Below, piece after piece: positions 52,800 to 64,000 of a stretch of 64,000 nucleotides of DNA. Position numbers and translations under genes: made by a program. Each line of letters opens with the position of its first letter. Within the stretch, counting starts at the first letter, position 1. This stretch comes from Octopus vulgaris (taxonomy: Eukaryota): assembly GCA_951406725.2 (NCBI GenBank), contig OX597842.1, positions 7,068,001 through 7,132,000 on the forward strand, read 5' to 3'. Under the pieces are notes generated by a model. The model did not search any database, had not been told where the DNA came from, and saw nothing but the letters and a program-made list of their open reading frames with translations.

Positions 52800-53116
52800 C
52801 TCTCTTTTACTTGTTTCAGTCATTTGCTTTTAGTCGACCAAATCGACCTCAGGACTTATTCTTTGTAAGCCTAGTACTTATTCTATCAGTCTCTTTTGCC
52901 GAACCGCTAAGTGACTGGGACGTAAATACACCAGCATATATATGTATATATACGACGGGCTTCTTTCAGTTTCCGTCTACCAAATCCACTCACAAGGCTT
53001 TGGTCGGCCCGGGGCTATAGCAGAAGACACTTGCCCAAGATGCCACGCAGTGGGACTGAACCCGGAACCATGTGGTTGTTTAGCAAGCTACTTACCACAC
53101 AGCCACTCCTGCGCCT
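52800..53116 (-). mobile_element. SINE family A copy
   Basis: Consensus match. Confidence 0.88.
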
Positions 53117-54138
53117 ATATATATATAATATATATGTGTGTGTGTATGTATAATTTACAGAAAACGAAAAACGAAGTCCTTCTTTTCACTATTTCATCAT
53201 CATCGTTTTTAACAATAATTCTGGAAATTCCCCACTGGGGAAATTGGATCTTAAGGCTGTGAGCTGGCAGAATTACTAACGTGTCGGGCGTAATGCTGAG
53301 CGGCAATTTTTTTCTGACTCTTTACATTCTAAGTTCAAATACTACTGGGATCAATTTTGCTTTTCAATTTTTTCGGGGGTCTATAAAACAAGTGCAAAAT
53401 TACATATGACCTACATTTAAGAAAAAAAGCAATCAATCGGTTTTTGTCTCCGTGAACGGAAAATATTTGTTCGGCAAGTTCCGTATAAAATTTTTATTTC
53501 TTTAATGTTTATTTTGTTGCAGCTGAACCTTGAAAAACATGACTCCAACCGTGACACACACGCCAACACACTCGCGCACACATATATAGATACACATACG
53601 TAGAAATGAAAGACAATTAATGTGTGTGTGAGTGCGACCGTGCTTTTTACTGTTCGACAACAGACAAACATTAAAGTAATAAAAAATTTATACGGAATTT
53701 GCCGAACAAATACTTTCCCTTCTCGGAGACCATGGCAACATAAATAAATAATAATCTGGTGAAAATCTGAAAAACTTCAAAAATTTTAAATGGTCCCCCC
53801 ACCACCACCACACCCATGCATACACGATGTACCCATCTGTTGATAGATAAAGATATGTTAAAATTCACACTTACGTAGATATATACACACACGTGGTGGA
53901 TAGTTTTGCCAAATTGAGTTCTTGAGTTTTAAATTCTTGTTATATGCTTCGGTTCTTTAAGTGGGTATATATATATGTGTGTGTGTGTTTCTTCGTCTTA
54001 ACGTAGAATAGCTATAAACGTCGGTCAACGGTTGTAAAAAACGAAGTTAATTTTTCTGAAGAAAATGAAACTAAATTGAGGTAGAACTCGAAAATGACAA
54101 CAACGATACGTCAAAATACCTGAAGACATTTTTAAATA

Positions 54139-54620
54139 CCGTAAATCCTCGAGTATAGTCCGCCCTTGAGTATAATACGCAGGGTTTTTTAGGGGGCTGT
54201 ACCTCTGAAAAACCCAAACCTTGTGTATAATACGCACCCCTTCAATAACTTGAGTCGTAAAAATGTATACGGTAACGTTCTTTATTATTATTGTATATAT
54301 AACATAATGCAAATGTGTAGCTTTTTGTGCATTTTGTTTGCAGAAAATAAAGAAATAACAGTAATAACGTTTAATAAATGTTGCTTACTGCAAGTTATGG
54401 ATGATTCTTTTATGACTTCATTGCTTTCAGGCTTAGCTTAAGGTATTTTCACACCCGACATCACAAAATGCGTCTGAATAAACATTGCCGGACAGCAAAT
54501 AGAGACTAGGACATTTCTTAGAAAATATTTTTCATTTTTAACCTCGTATATAATACGCACAAGGGATTTTGACCTTTAAATTTTTGGGGGAAAATGTGGA
54601 TTATACTCGAGGATTTACGG
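54139..54620. mobile_element. Tc1/pogo-type MITE (same family as 35604-36115)
   Basis: Same TIRs and TA TSD. Confidence 0.9.
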
Positions 54621-55601
54621 TAGATGGTTGGGCTTCCTACGTGCTCATGAAGTTGAATTTGTTAATCATTCACTGAGTTTCGTTGATCTAAACGATGGAT
54701 GCTCGCAAAGGAGAAACTCGGGCGATAATGTGGGAATAGTGATATATTGACATCATATTTTCATAAGCATGTGTGGCGGAACAAATTCAGAGATTGTGAA
54801 AAACTATTTATGAATCTCATTTCGGTCATGAAGAGGTGATATATTTTGCCTTAAATGTGAATGTTTTCATCTTATATAAAATAATTACGGTTTTCATGTT
54901 ATATTAAATCTATTTAATGATAATATTCTTTTATTTTTTTTACTTGTTTACTTGTTTCAGTCATTTGACTGCTGCCATGCTGGAGCACCGCCTTTAGTCA
55001 ACCAAATCGACCTCAGGACACGGGAGCCAGTCAAGCGGCACTAGCATTGACCACGTTTGGTTGGTGCTTTTTACATGTCACTGGCATGGGAACAAGTCAA
55101 GGGGCACTGGCATTTATCACATTCCGATGGTGCATTTTATGTGCCACCAGTACGGAAGCCAATCAGGCGGCACTCTCCACTGCTACGATTTCCATTTTAC
55201 TTGACTCAACAGGTCTTCTCAAGCATATCATATCACCCAATGCTTCAAGGGTACTTTTAAACGGGCCGATCCTGCAATACTGGCCGGGTCTTCTCAATCA
55301 CAGCATATCTCCAAAGGTCTTGGTCTCTTGTCATTGCCTCTGTGAGGCCCAACATTTGAAGGTCATGCTTCATCACCTCATCCCATGTCTTCCTGGGTCT
55401 ACTTCTTCCACAAGTTCCTTCTACAGTTAGGGAGTGGCACTTCCTCACACAGCTGTCCTCATTCATACATAACACATGACCATACCAGCACAGTCGTCTC
55501 TCTTGCACACCACATTTGATGCTTCTCATGCCCAACTCTCAGTGCACTTACACTCTGTCATGTATGCACACTGACATTACACATCCAGCAGATCATACTT
55601 G

Positions 55602-58103
55602 TGTAACGTGAAAGGATCTATCACCGAAGCACTGGAAGGGTGTTGAGATCCTTTCTAGTCACATATGAAATTCTTCCAGAAAACAAACAGACGAACTCAG
55701 GTTAAGGGTGAACAGACAATAGTTTGGGTTTATTGATTCAGTGTAGTACGTTGTCTGGTGGGAGAAAGACAGCCTCTGATATACTGTTGGTGTTGGTCGT
55801 TGAAGTTGGTTGAAGTTGGTTGCTGGTCGTGTGGCTGTCAGAGCCAGGAATTCGTGACCGATCGCAGTGCTGTCTTGAGCCGAAGAGAGATTTGAGGTTC
55901 GCGGGCTCGAGGGACGTTTTCCCGCACATGCGCATGGGGAAGACTTCCGGTGGCCACCCGGAAGTAGTCCCATTCTGCGCATGCGCGCCGAACCCTACAC
56001 AGTAGCATCACTACAGGGCTCCCCTCCGAGTGCGAAGTACGGCAACAAGAATATTGTGGTGGTGCTGCAGAAAACAGAAGGCTTGCCGATCCCCCAGAAG
56101 ACTTGGTACATACTATCATACAATAAGAAACATTTTAAAGAAAGTTAAATGTAGATTGTTTTTGAAAGTTTCTTGGGCCAATGCACTGTTCTGCCCGATT
56201 TTGTAACATACGGTGTGCTCAGGGCACCCGTTGACGGCGAGGGTGGTGTTGTAGGAGCCGGTGAAGGCAAAGGCGTCTGTGCAGGTGAAGGTGTTTGTGC
56301 AGGTGAAGGCATTTGTGAAGGTGTTTGTGCAGGTGAAAGTGTTGTTAAAGGTGCATAGGTGGGTGTGTCAAGGTTGTCATCAAAAGATGAAGACGTCTCA
56401 AAATGTGCCTTCTTTAAACGGTCCACGGAAACGGTCTCCGAACGACCATTTATCTCAATCGTGAAAACCTTTGGTGTGCGAGAAAGCACACGAAAAGGTC
56501 CTTTATAGGGAGAAACAAGTGGGCCCTTCACAGAATCGTCCCGAACAAAAACATGCGACCAGGTGTTCATATCCGGTGGAAGATGGGACGGTGGAGATTG
56601 CTTTCTGGGAACCATGGGCGGAAGGTTCGAAAAATATGCCCGCAGTCTGGTGACATAGGTCGCCGGATCATGGGGCTGTGAAGTGTCTGGCACCAACATC
56701 GTACCGGGCAATGCCAGTGTGGTACCATACAGCAGCTCTGCAGCAGAAAACCCCAGGTCTGCCTTGACAGCAGTCCGACAGCCGAGAAGCACAATGGGCA
56801 GAAATTCGATCCAGGACTGTGGGTCTGAAGAGGCACGAAGAGCGGCCTTGAGCTGTCTATGGAACCGCTCAACCAATCCATTAGACGCTGGATGGTAGCT
56901 TGTGGTGTGGATATGGTGCATACCCAAAATTCGCGACAATTCGCGAAATAGCGAGGCCTCAAACTGTCGTCCACGATCAGTTGTCAATCGGGACGGGACT
57001 CCGAAGCGAGAAATCCAGTTTGAAACGAAAGCTCGCGCAACAGTCTCAGCAGAAATGTCTGCTATCGGAATGGCTTCTGGCCAGCGGGAGAAGCGATCGA
57101 CACAAGTTAATAGATAAGAGAACCCGCGACTCACAGGCCATGGTCCAACCAGATCGATGTGGACATGGCGAAAACAGGCCTCCGTGGGGGGAAATTGTCC
57201 AAGCGGGGCACGAACGTGCCATTGAATCTTGGATCGTTGACACTTAGAGCAGGTGCGTGTCCAAGAAGTAATTGTGTGACGCATATTCGGCCAGAAAAAC
57301 CGAGCAGTGATTAGTTTGAGGGTGGCAGCAATGCCAGGATGTGATAAGGAGTGCAGTGCTTCAAACACTGAGCGTTGATGGGTCTCAGGCACCAGTGGCC
57401 TGGGAGATCCAGTGGAAGTGTCACAAAGAATGGTGCCTTCGGCTGACGGAAGCGGAAGGTAGGAAAACTGGCAACAGGAGAACTTGGGAGAAGTTAAATC
57501 TAACGACGCCAAAGGTGGCTGCTCCTGCGATATGGCAGCTAAGTCGATAGCAGCAGGAGACGAAAGGGCGCAACTGGAAGGCGAGAGAGAGCGTCAGCAG
57601 GAACGTTCTCTTTTCCAGGTATGTGTCGAATGTTGCTAGTAAATTGAGAGATAAAATCCAGGTGCCGAAAAGCACGGGGTGACCAATTGTAACGTGAAAG
57701 GATCTATCACCGAAGCACTGGAAGGGTGTCGAGATCCTTTCTAGTCACATATGAAATTCTTCCAGAAAACAAACAGACGAACTCAGGTTAAGGGTGAACA
57801 GACAATAGTTTGGGTTTATTGATTCAGTGTAGTACGTTGTCTGGTGGGAGAAAGACAGCCTCTGATATACTGCTGGTGTTGGTCGTTGAAGTTGGTTGAA
57901 GTTGGTTGCTGGTCGTGTGGCTGTCAGAGCCAGGAATTCGTGACCGATCGCAGTGCTGTCTTGAGCCGAAGAGAGAGATTTGAGGTTCGCGGGCTCGAGG
58001 GACGTTTTCCCGCACATGCGCATGGGGAAGACTTCCGGTGGCCACCTGGAAGTAGTCCCATTCTGCGCATGCGCGCCGAACCCTACACAGTAGCATCACT
58101 ACA
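55602..58103 (-). mobile_element. Young, internally deleted Ty3/gypsy LTR retrotransposon (2.5 kb)
   Basis: LTRs 55602-56015 and 57688-58103 (TG...CA) differ by about 3 substitutions and one 2-bp indel. TSD CTTG, PBS TGGTCACCCCG (tRNA-Trp-like) and PPT GGAGGGGAGCCC. Confidence 0.95.
56145..57512 (-). CDS. Gypsy integrase (HHCC zinc finger, DDE core, GPY/F) as open ORF; RNase H tail upstream in another frame
   Basis: [67 protein letters not shown] lies at ~57580-57670. Confidence 0.92.
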   Translation of the reverse strand: MASLDLTSPKFSCCQFSYLPLPSAEGTILCDTSTGSPRPLVPETHQRSVFEALHSLSHPGIAATLKLITARFFWPNMRHTITSWTRTCSKCQRSKIQWHVRAPLGQFPPTEACFRHVHIDLVGPWPVSRGFSYLLTCVDRFSRWPEAIPIADISAETVARAFVSNWISRFGVPSRLTTDRGRQFEASLFRELSRILGMHHIHTTSYHPASNGLVERFHRQLKAALRASSDPQSWIEFLPIVLLGCRTAVKADLGFSAAELLYGTTLALPGTMLVPDTSQPHDPATYVTRLRAYFSNLPPMVPRKQSPPSHLPPDMNTWSHVFVRDDSVKGPLVSPYKGPFRVLSRTPKVFTIEINGRSETVSVDRLKKAHFETSSSFDDNLDTPTYAPLTTLSPAQTPSQMPSPAQTPSPAQTPLPSPAPTTPPSPSTGALSTPYVTKSGRTVHWPKKLSKTIYI

Positions 58104-59984
58104 CTTGCTTCATTTCTTTCAAGCCTACGCATGTCCTCAGCAGTCATTTGTGGCCCATATTTCACTACCGTGTAGCATGGCTGTTTGCACACATGCATCA
58201 TACAGTCTACCTTTCACCCTGAGCGAGAGGCCCTTAATTGCCAGCAGAAGTAGGAGCTCTCTGAACTTTGCCCAGGCTATTCTTATCCCAGCTGCTACAT
58301 TCTCAGAGCAACCACTCCCACTACAGACTTGGTCGCCTAGGTAGCAGAAGCTATCAACTACTTCTAGTTTCTCCCCCCTGGCATATGATGGAATCTGTTT
58401 TCTGTACATCCTTAGTGTTTATTATCCCTGTGCATCTATCACACACAAAGACTATCTGCCTGGTTAATCTTCCTTTGATATTGCTGCACCTTTTATGTGT
58501 CCATAGCTTACTCTTGGTACATCTTATGGAATTCCTACCTATGCTTTTTTTACAGATTAATCAGAGCTATTTACTTGAAGGGGTTACACACACTCACACA
58601 CATTGACACATACAAACATTCATGTATAAGTACTTGACCTTAAATTTATCTGTTTTTAATAGCTTCGTAAATATAGAGAATTGGTGATAATAACCTCTAT
58701 GTTATCTGTTTAATGAGTTGAGAGAAGATGAGTAAGAAATAGGTCTGGTTTTTTTCACTGCTTACACAGAATGTTCTACACTGTTTTATCCTGTAAAGGT
58801 GACAACACATTACATGGGGTGGAGAAGGGGAGGAGAATTGCACCGTGTAGAATAGTGTAACCTTTTGATTGATGTTTGTTTGTGTTAAACTGTGAAGTAG
58901 GTGAATCACTGCTAATTAAAGTAAACAGTGGCCTTTGTTCAAAGATTGCTCATAGGTGCAACGATGGCTGTGTGGTAAGAAGTTTGCTTCCCAACCACAT
59001 GGTTCAGGGTTCAGTCCTACTGCGTGGCACCTTGGACAAATGTCTTCTAAATGTCTGACCAAAGCCTTGCGAGTGGATATGGTAGATGAAAACTGAAAGA
59101 AGCCCATCATATGTGTCTGTGCGTGTCTTCGTGTCCCACCACTATTTGACAACTAGTCTCAAAAGAAACTGATATAACAGGTACCAAGGAGACCCCCTTC
59201 GGTCATGAATAACCATGGGATTGCACCTAGAAAGTTACCCTCCAAGGCACAAGTCTGGGCAAGGTTGTTTGTGGAAGGCCAGCAGTCGCCCATGCATACC
59301 AGCCTCCCCTCTCCACACCAATATATACTGGAGTCAGTTTGTTCCACTAAATTTCTTCAAGGTGGTTCCCAAGCATGGCCACAGTTTAATGACTGAAACA
59401 AGCTATCCAGTGATGTCGCGACTCATTTCTACAGCTGAGTTAACTGGAGCAGTGTGGAATAAAGTGTCTTGCTTAAGAACATAACACACAACCTGGTCTG
59501 GGAATCAAACTCACTACCTCATGATTGCAAAGCCCAATGCTCTAACCACTGAGCCCAAATAATAATCAAAGGGGTCCATAGGTAGAAAAATAGTTGAAAA
59601 ACACTGACCAAACCCATGCTAGCATGGAAAAACAGACGTAAGAACAAACAAAGATATATGTTGCTTATAGACAATTAAATTAGACACCATCATCATTAAC
59701 ACCATTGTTTAACATCTGCTTTCCATGCTGGCATGGGTTGGACGATTTGACTGAGGACTGGCGAACCAGATGGCTGCACGCAGCCCGGTCCGGGAATCAA
59801 ACTCAACCTCGTGATCATAAGCTCGATGCTCTAACCACTGAGCCATGCACCTTCACAATAGGTACCACACTTTACAGAAAATAATATATACTGGAGTCAG
59901 TTTGTTCCACTAAATTTCTTCAAGGTGGTTCCCAAGCATGGCCACAGTCTAATGACTGAAACAAGTAAAAGATAAAAAATATAT

Positions 59985-60378
59985 AGGAGTGGCTGTGTGG
60001 TAAGTAGCTTGCCTACCAACCACATGGTTCCGAGTTCAGTCCCACTGCGTGGCACCTTGGGCAAGTGTCTTCTACTATAGCCTCGGGCCGACCAAAGCCT
60101 TGTGAATGGATTTGGTAGATGGAAACTGAAAGAGGTCCATCATATATATGTATATGTATGTTTGTGTCTCTGTGTTTGTCCCCCCCCCCCCCACCAACAT
60201 CGCTTGACAACCGTTGCTGGTGTGTTTATGTCCCTGTAACTTAGAGGTTTGGCAAAAGAGACCGATAGAATAAGTACTAGGCTTACAAAGAATAAGTCCT
60301 GGGGTCGAGTTGCTCGACTAAAGGCAGTGCTCCAGCATGGCCACAGTCAAATGACTGAAACAAGTAAAAGAGTAAAAA
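59985..60378 (+). mobile_element. SINE family A copy
   Basis: Consensus match. Confidence 0.9.
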
Positions 60379-60419
60379 GTGTATGGCTTGGCTGTATGGT
60401 AAGAAGCTTCCATTGTGGA

Positions 60420-60750
60420 ATACAGGTCTTCTTGAGTAGAGCAAAGTGCCAGGTATCTCAGTCCTTTGTCATTTTGTTGGAAAGGTTCAACATCCTGAGG
60501 TGTCTTTTAGTTCTTTGTCCTGTGTCTTCCTGATCTCCCTCTTCCACGTGTTACATCTACTTTGAGAGCTCAGTGCTCTTTTTGTGAGCTCTCAGCATCC
60601 ATCCGCATCATATGACCAAACCAGTGCGGTCTTCTCTCTTGCTCACTGCATCTAATTCCTCTTATGCCTAACTTCTCTCTCAATACACTAAACTCCGTAG
60701 AACGTGTACACTTACATTACACATCCAGCAGAGCATATTGGCCTCACTCC
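60420..60750 (-). mobile_element. Old RTE LINE fragment
   Basis: Homologous to 55260-55600 (..RRPHWFGHMMRM..). Confidence 0.65.
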
Positions 60751-60832
60751 TCTTAATATACTTGTTGATGAAATATTATGGCTGCATAATGAAATACGGT
60801 ATCCCTACAAGCAATTAAGATAAACATATAAG

Positions 60833-61485
60833 CGGTGAGCTGGCAGAATCGTTAGCACACTGGGCGAAATGCTCAGCGGTATTTCATCTGCCGTTATGTT
60901 CTGAGTTCAAATTCTGCCGAGGTCAACTTTGCTTTTCATCCTTTCGGGGTCGATTAAATAAGTACCAGTTACGCACTGGGGTCCATATAATCGATTTAAT
61001 CCGTTTGTCTGTCCTTGTTTGTCCTCTCTGTGTTTAGCCCCTTGTGGGTAGTAAAGAAATAGGTATTTTGTCTGCTGTTACGTTCTGAGTTTAAATTCCG
61101 CTGAGGTTGACATTTCCTTTCATTCTTTCAGGGTCGATAAATTAAGTACCAGTTATGCACTGATGTCAATGTAATTGACTTAATCCCTTTGTCTGTCCTT
61201 GTTTGTCCCCTCTATGTTTAGCCCCTTGTGGGCAATAAAGAAATAAGATAAAGATATATATATGCATAAAGGCAGCAAGTTGGCAGAATTTGCTGGGCAA
61301 AATGCTTAGCAGCAATTCATCTGTCATAATGTTCTGAGTTCAAATTCCACCGAGGTCGACTTAGCCTTTCATCCCTTTTGGTACTGATAAAATGAGTACC
61401 AGTCAAGCACTGGGGTTGATATAAACAACTAGCTCCCTCCCACCAAAAATTTCAGGCCTTGTGTCTACAGTAGAAAGGATTATTA
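60833..61485 (+). mobile_element. SINE family D dimer plus a related older copy
   Basis: Two tandem bodies with the same junction as the other arrays, then a diverged copy at 61271. Confidence 0.85.
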
Positions 61486-62111
61486 TTACCTCTGCCATAG
61501 CAAAGGCAGAGGTATTGTTTTCAGTCATGTTGGTTTGTCCATGGTCATCTCAAGAACCTCTGGATGGATTCGGATGAAACTTTCAGGGATGTTTTACTTC
61601 GTAACTGGCACAAACATTATCATCCCATTTCCATTGTACACACACACGTGCACGTGCAAACATACCTTAATTCCTCTCCAGTCTACAAATGTCCTCTGCA
61701 GTCTTGGCCCATGTCTCACTACCATGTAATTGAGCTGTTTTCATACAGGCATCATCCACCCGTGCTTTCCCCACTCTTGCCTCCCCCACCTCCCCACATC
61801 ACACCACACTATACTACACCATACAACATTACACATCACATCACAACACACCACCCATAGACCCATCCCTACATCTTTACACCTACACATACATACATAC
61901 ATACACACACACATCCAGACCACCAGCCCTCTTTCACACACACATACATACTCTCGTATACACACATGCACCTTGGTGTTGGAGGTCATCTTGACCTCGT
62001 TATTTCCCCTACTTTCTCCTTCCCGTCTGACCATTTTGTCCAAGTCAGACGCCATGATAGATCGTTAGCTACTACACACATTTTTTCTCTCTCCTTGTTT
62101 TTTCTATGTCC

Positions 62112-62147
62112 CTTTCTGTAGAAGAGCATAGGCTCGAAACGTAAAAG
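62112..62147 (+). ncRNA. Minimal hammerhead motif with A6U core variant
   Basis: CTTT CTGTAGA A GAGC ATAG GCTC GAAAC GTA^AAAG; helix I is CTTT/AAAG. Confidence 0.7.
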
Positions 62148-62243
62148 ACTTTTTTCTATTCCTGAGCATTATACTAATACATCTGTTTGTTTTGAACACC
62201 ACCTGTCTTCGTCTTTTCTTTATTTTCATCAACTTTCCCTTTG

Positions 62244-62294
<51 letters not shown>

Positions 62295-62497
62295 ATAAAT
62301 ATGTACACACACACACAAAGTCATAAATGACAGAGAAAAGTAGTTTGAAGAAATTTTATTTAACAATAAGAAAATTCTGTCACAACAAATTGTTTCGTAA
62401 CTATATATTCTAGATGTTTTATAAAATGATACATTAAGGAGTTTCTTAAGTACTACTGGATTACTTGAATCCATATATTGTGACTTAAAGTTTTGTG

Positions 62498-62528
<31 letters not shown>

Positions 62529-63224
62529 TTATTTATGTATATATATTCTTTTACTTGTTTCAGTCATTTGACTGCAGCCATGCTGGGGCACCACCTTAAG
62601 GGGCTTTTAGTCGAAGAAATTGACCCCAGAACTTATTCCTAGTATTTATTTTATTGGTCTCTTTTGCCAAACTGTTAAGTTATGCTGATGTAAAGACATG
62701 AACGTCGGTTGTAAAGTGATAGTGGGGAACAAACACAGACACATACACACAACAGGCTTCTTTCAGTTTCTGTCTTCTAAATCCACTCACAAGGCTTTGG
62801 TTGGGCCAAGGCTATAGTAGAAAACCCTTGCCAAAGGTACCATGCAGTGGGACTGAACCCTGAATCACTTAGTTGAGAAGAATGCTTTTTACCCTACACA
62901 CACACACACACAGAGTTAATGTGCAATGCAAAGTAGGCTTTGCCAGCCACTGTGCTTATAACATAAAGACCGTATGACAAGAGGTCATATGAAGTCCTGT
63001 ATTTAGACACTGTTCACATCCTAAGTACCTGACCATGATCTACTTAACTACATAAATGCTTATTGTCAAACACAGAGTAAGGATAGACATTACTGGCATG
63101 GCATTGCTAAGCAGGCTCATGTTGCACTTGCTGCTGCTAATTCAATGAAAGAAGGAAATAAACGCTTATAAATTAAGAGCTTGTCTATGAATCTCCATAT
63201 ATGGTGTGGTCTTTTATTCTTTTA

Positions 63225-63424
63225 ATCTTTTACTTATTTCAGTCATTTGACTGTGGCCATGCTGGAGCACCACCCTTAGTCGAGCAAATCGACCCCAGGA
63301 CTTATTCTTTGTAATCCTAGTGCTTATTCTATCGGTCACTTTTACTGAACCACCAAGTTATGGGGATGTAACCAGCATCAGTTGTCAAGCGATGTTGGGG
63401 GGACAAACAGACACACAAACATTT

Positions 63425-63476
<52 letters not shown>

Positions 63477-63644
63477 CTATATGATGGGCTTCTTTCAGTT
63501 TCCGTCTACCAAATCCTCTCACAAGGCTTTGGTCAGCCTGAGGCTATAGTAGAAGACACTTGCCGAAGGTGCCACACAGTGGGACTGAACCCGGAACCAT
63601 ATGGTTGGTAAGCAAGCTACTTATCATACAGCCACTCCTGCGCC
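63225..63644 (-). mobile_element. SINE family A copy
   Basis: Consensus match. Confidence 0.9.
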
Positions 63645-63656
63645 TCCCAGGTGAGA

Positions 63657-63839
63657 GATGGGCTGAATCCTGGAAGCACTGCAATACCAGGCCAACCCAT
63701 GGCAAAGGTGGAGCAAGCTTCTAACACTTCGCCTCCTTCTAAAAATCAGTTTAATATCGATGGCCCCCAAATAGGGACCGTATCAGATATTAAGCTGATA
63801 AGAACAGATACTATACTTTGATCTTAGCCAAAAGGCCGA
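63657..63839 (-). pseudogene. U2: U2 snRNA copy, 5'-truncated, probably a pseudogene
   Basis: Minus strand reads TCGGCCTTTTGGCTAAGATCAAAGTATAGTATCTGTTCTTATCAGCTTAATATCTGATACG, then an Sm-site-like GATTTTTAG and 3' stem-loops. It lacks the 5' ATCGCTTC, the branch-recognition GTAGTA reads ATAGTA, and it is flanked by SINEs. Confidence 0.92.
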
Positions 63840-63921
63840 ACAGGGATGTAAACACACCAACACTGGTTGTCAAGTGGTTGTGGGGGACAAACACACGCAC
63901 ACATATACATATATTTCTATA

Positions 63922-63960
<39 letters not shown>

Positions 63961-64000
63961 ATATATATATATATATATATAATGATATATTAAGTGCAAA

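Larger units (their letters stand above)
55260..58560 (-). mobile_element. RTE-clade LINE 3' fragment, split by the LTR element
   Basis: EKLEVVDSFCYLGD..RIAWAKFREL..LSLRVKGRLYDACVQTAMLHGSE (58104-58409) continues as QERRLCWYGHVLCM..GRSRPRKTW (55257-55600). Confidence 0.85.

Noticed and set aside
59187-59322. Possible HDV-like ribozyme in an RTE 5'-UTR-like segment
   Set aside because: Could not assign the nested double pseudoknot (P1-P4) by eye; it needs an RNAMotif/Infernal search.

Overview
Eukaryotic, repeat-dominated genomic DNA, most likely from an octopus (coleoid cephalopod). This is inferred from dense tRNA-derived SINE families resembling Octopus SINEs and abundant (TA)n/(CA)n/(TACA)n microsatellites. 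The only clearly recognisable host coding sequence is one internal exon of a DEDDh RNA exonuclease (REXO4-like; 4782-4975, minus), with a 4.7-kb intronic minisatellite just downstream. Mobile elements include a decayed Penelope-like RT, a full-length frameshifted mariner, a nested maT/DD37D-like transposon carrying Helitron and mariner insertions, Sola2-like and Tc1/pogo-like MITEs, RTE LINE fragments, and a young internally deleted gypsy LTR element that keeps only an intact integrase ORF. A U2 snRNA pseudogene lies near the right end. The most notable unannotated signal is about 15 type-I hammerhead ribozyme motifs (CUGAnGA...GAAAC-palindrome-GUH) from several unrelated sequence families. 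Some have intact cores and some carry family-specific core variants. Many lie inside or beside local fold-back (inverted) duplications, the largest a ~1.1-kb palindrome. Nearly all ORFs in the supplied track are microsatellite or SINE artefacts. Coordinates were read by eye and may be off by a few bases.
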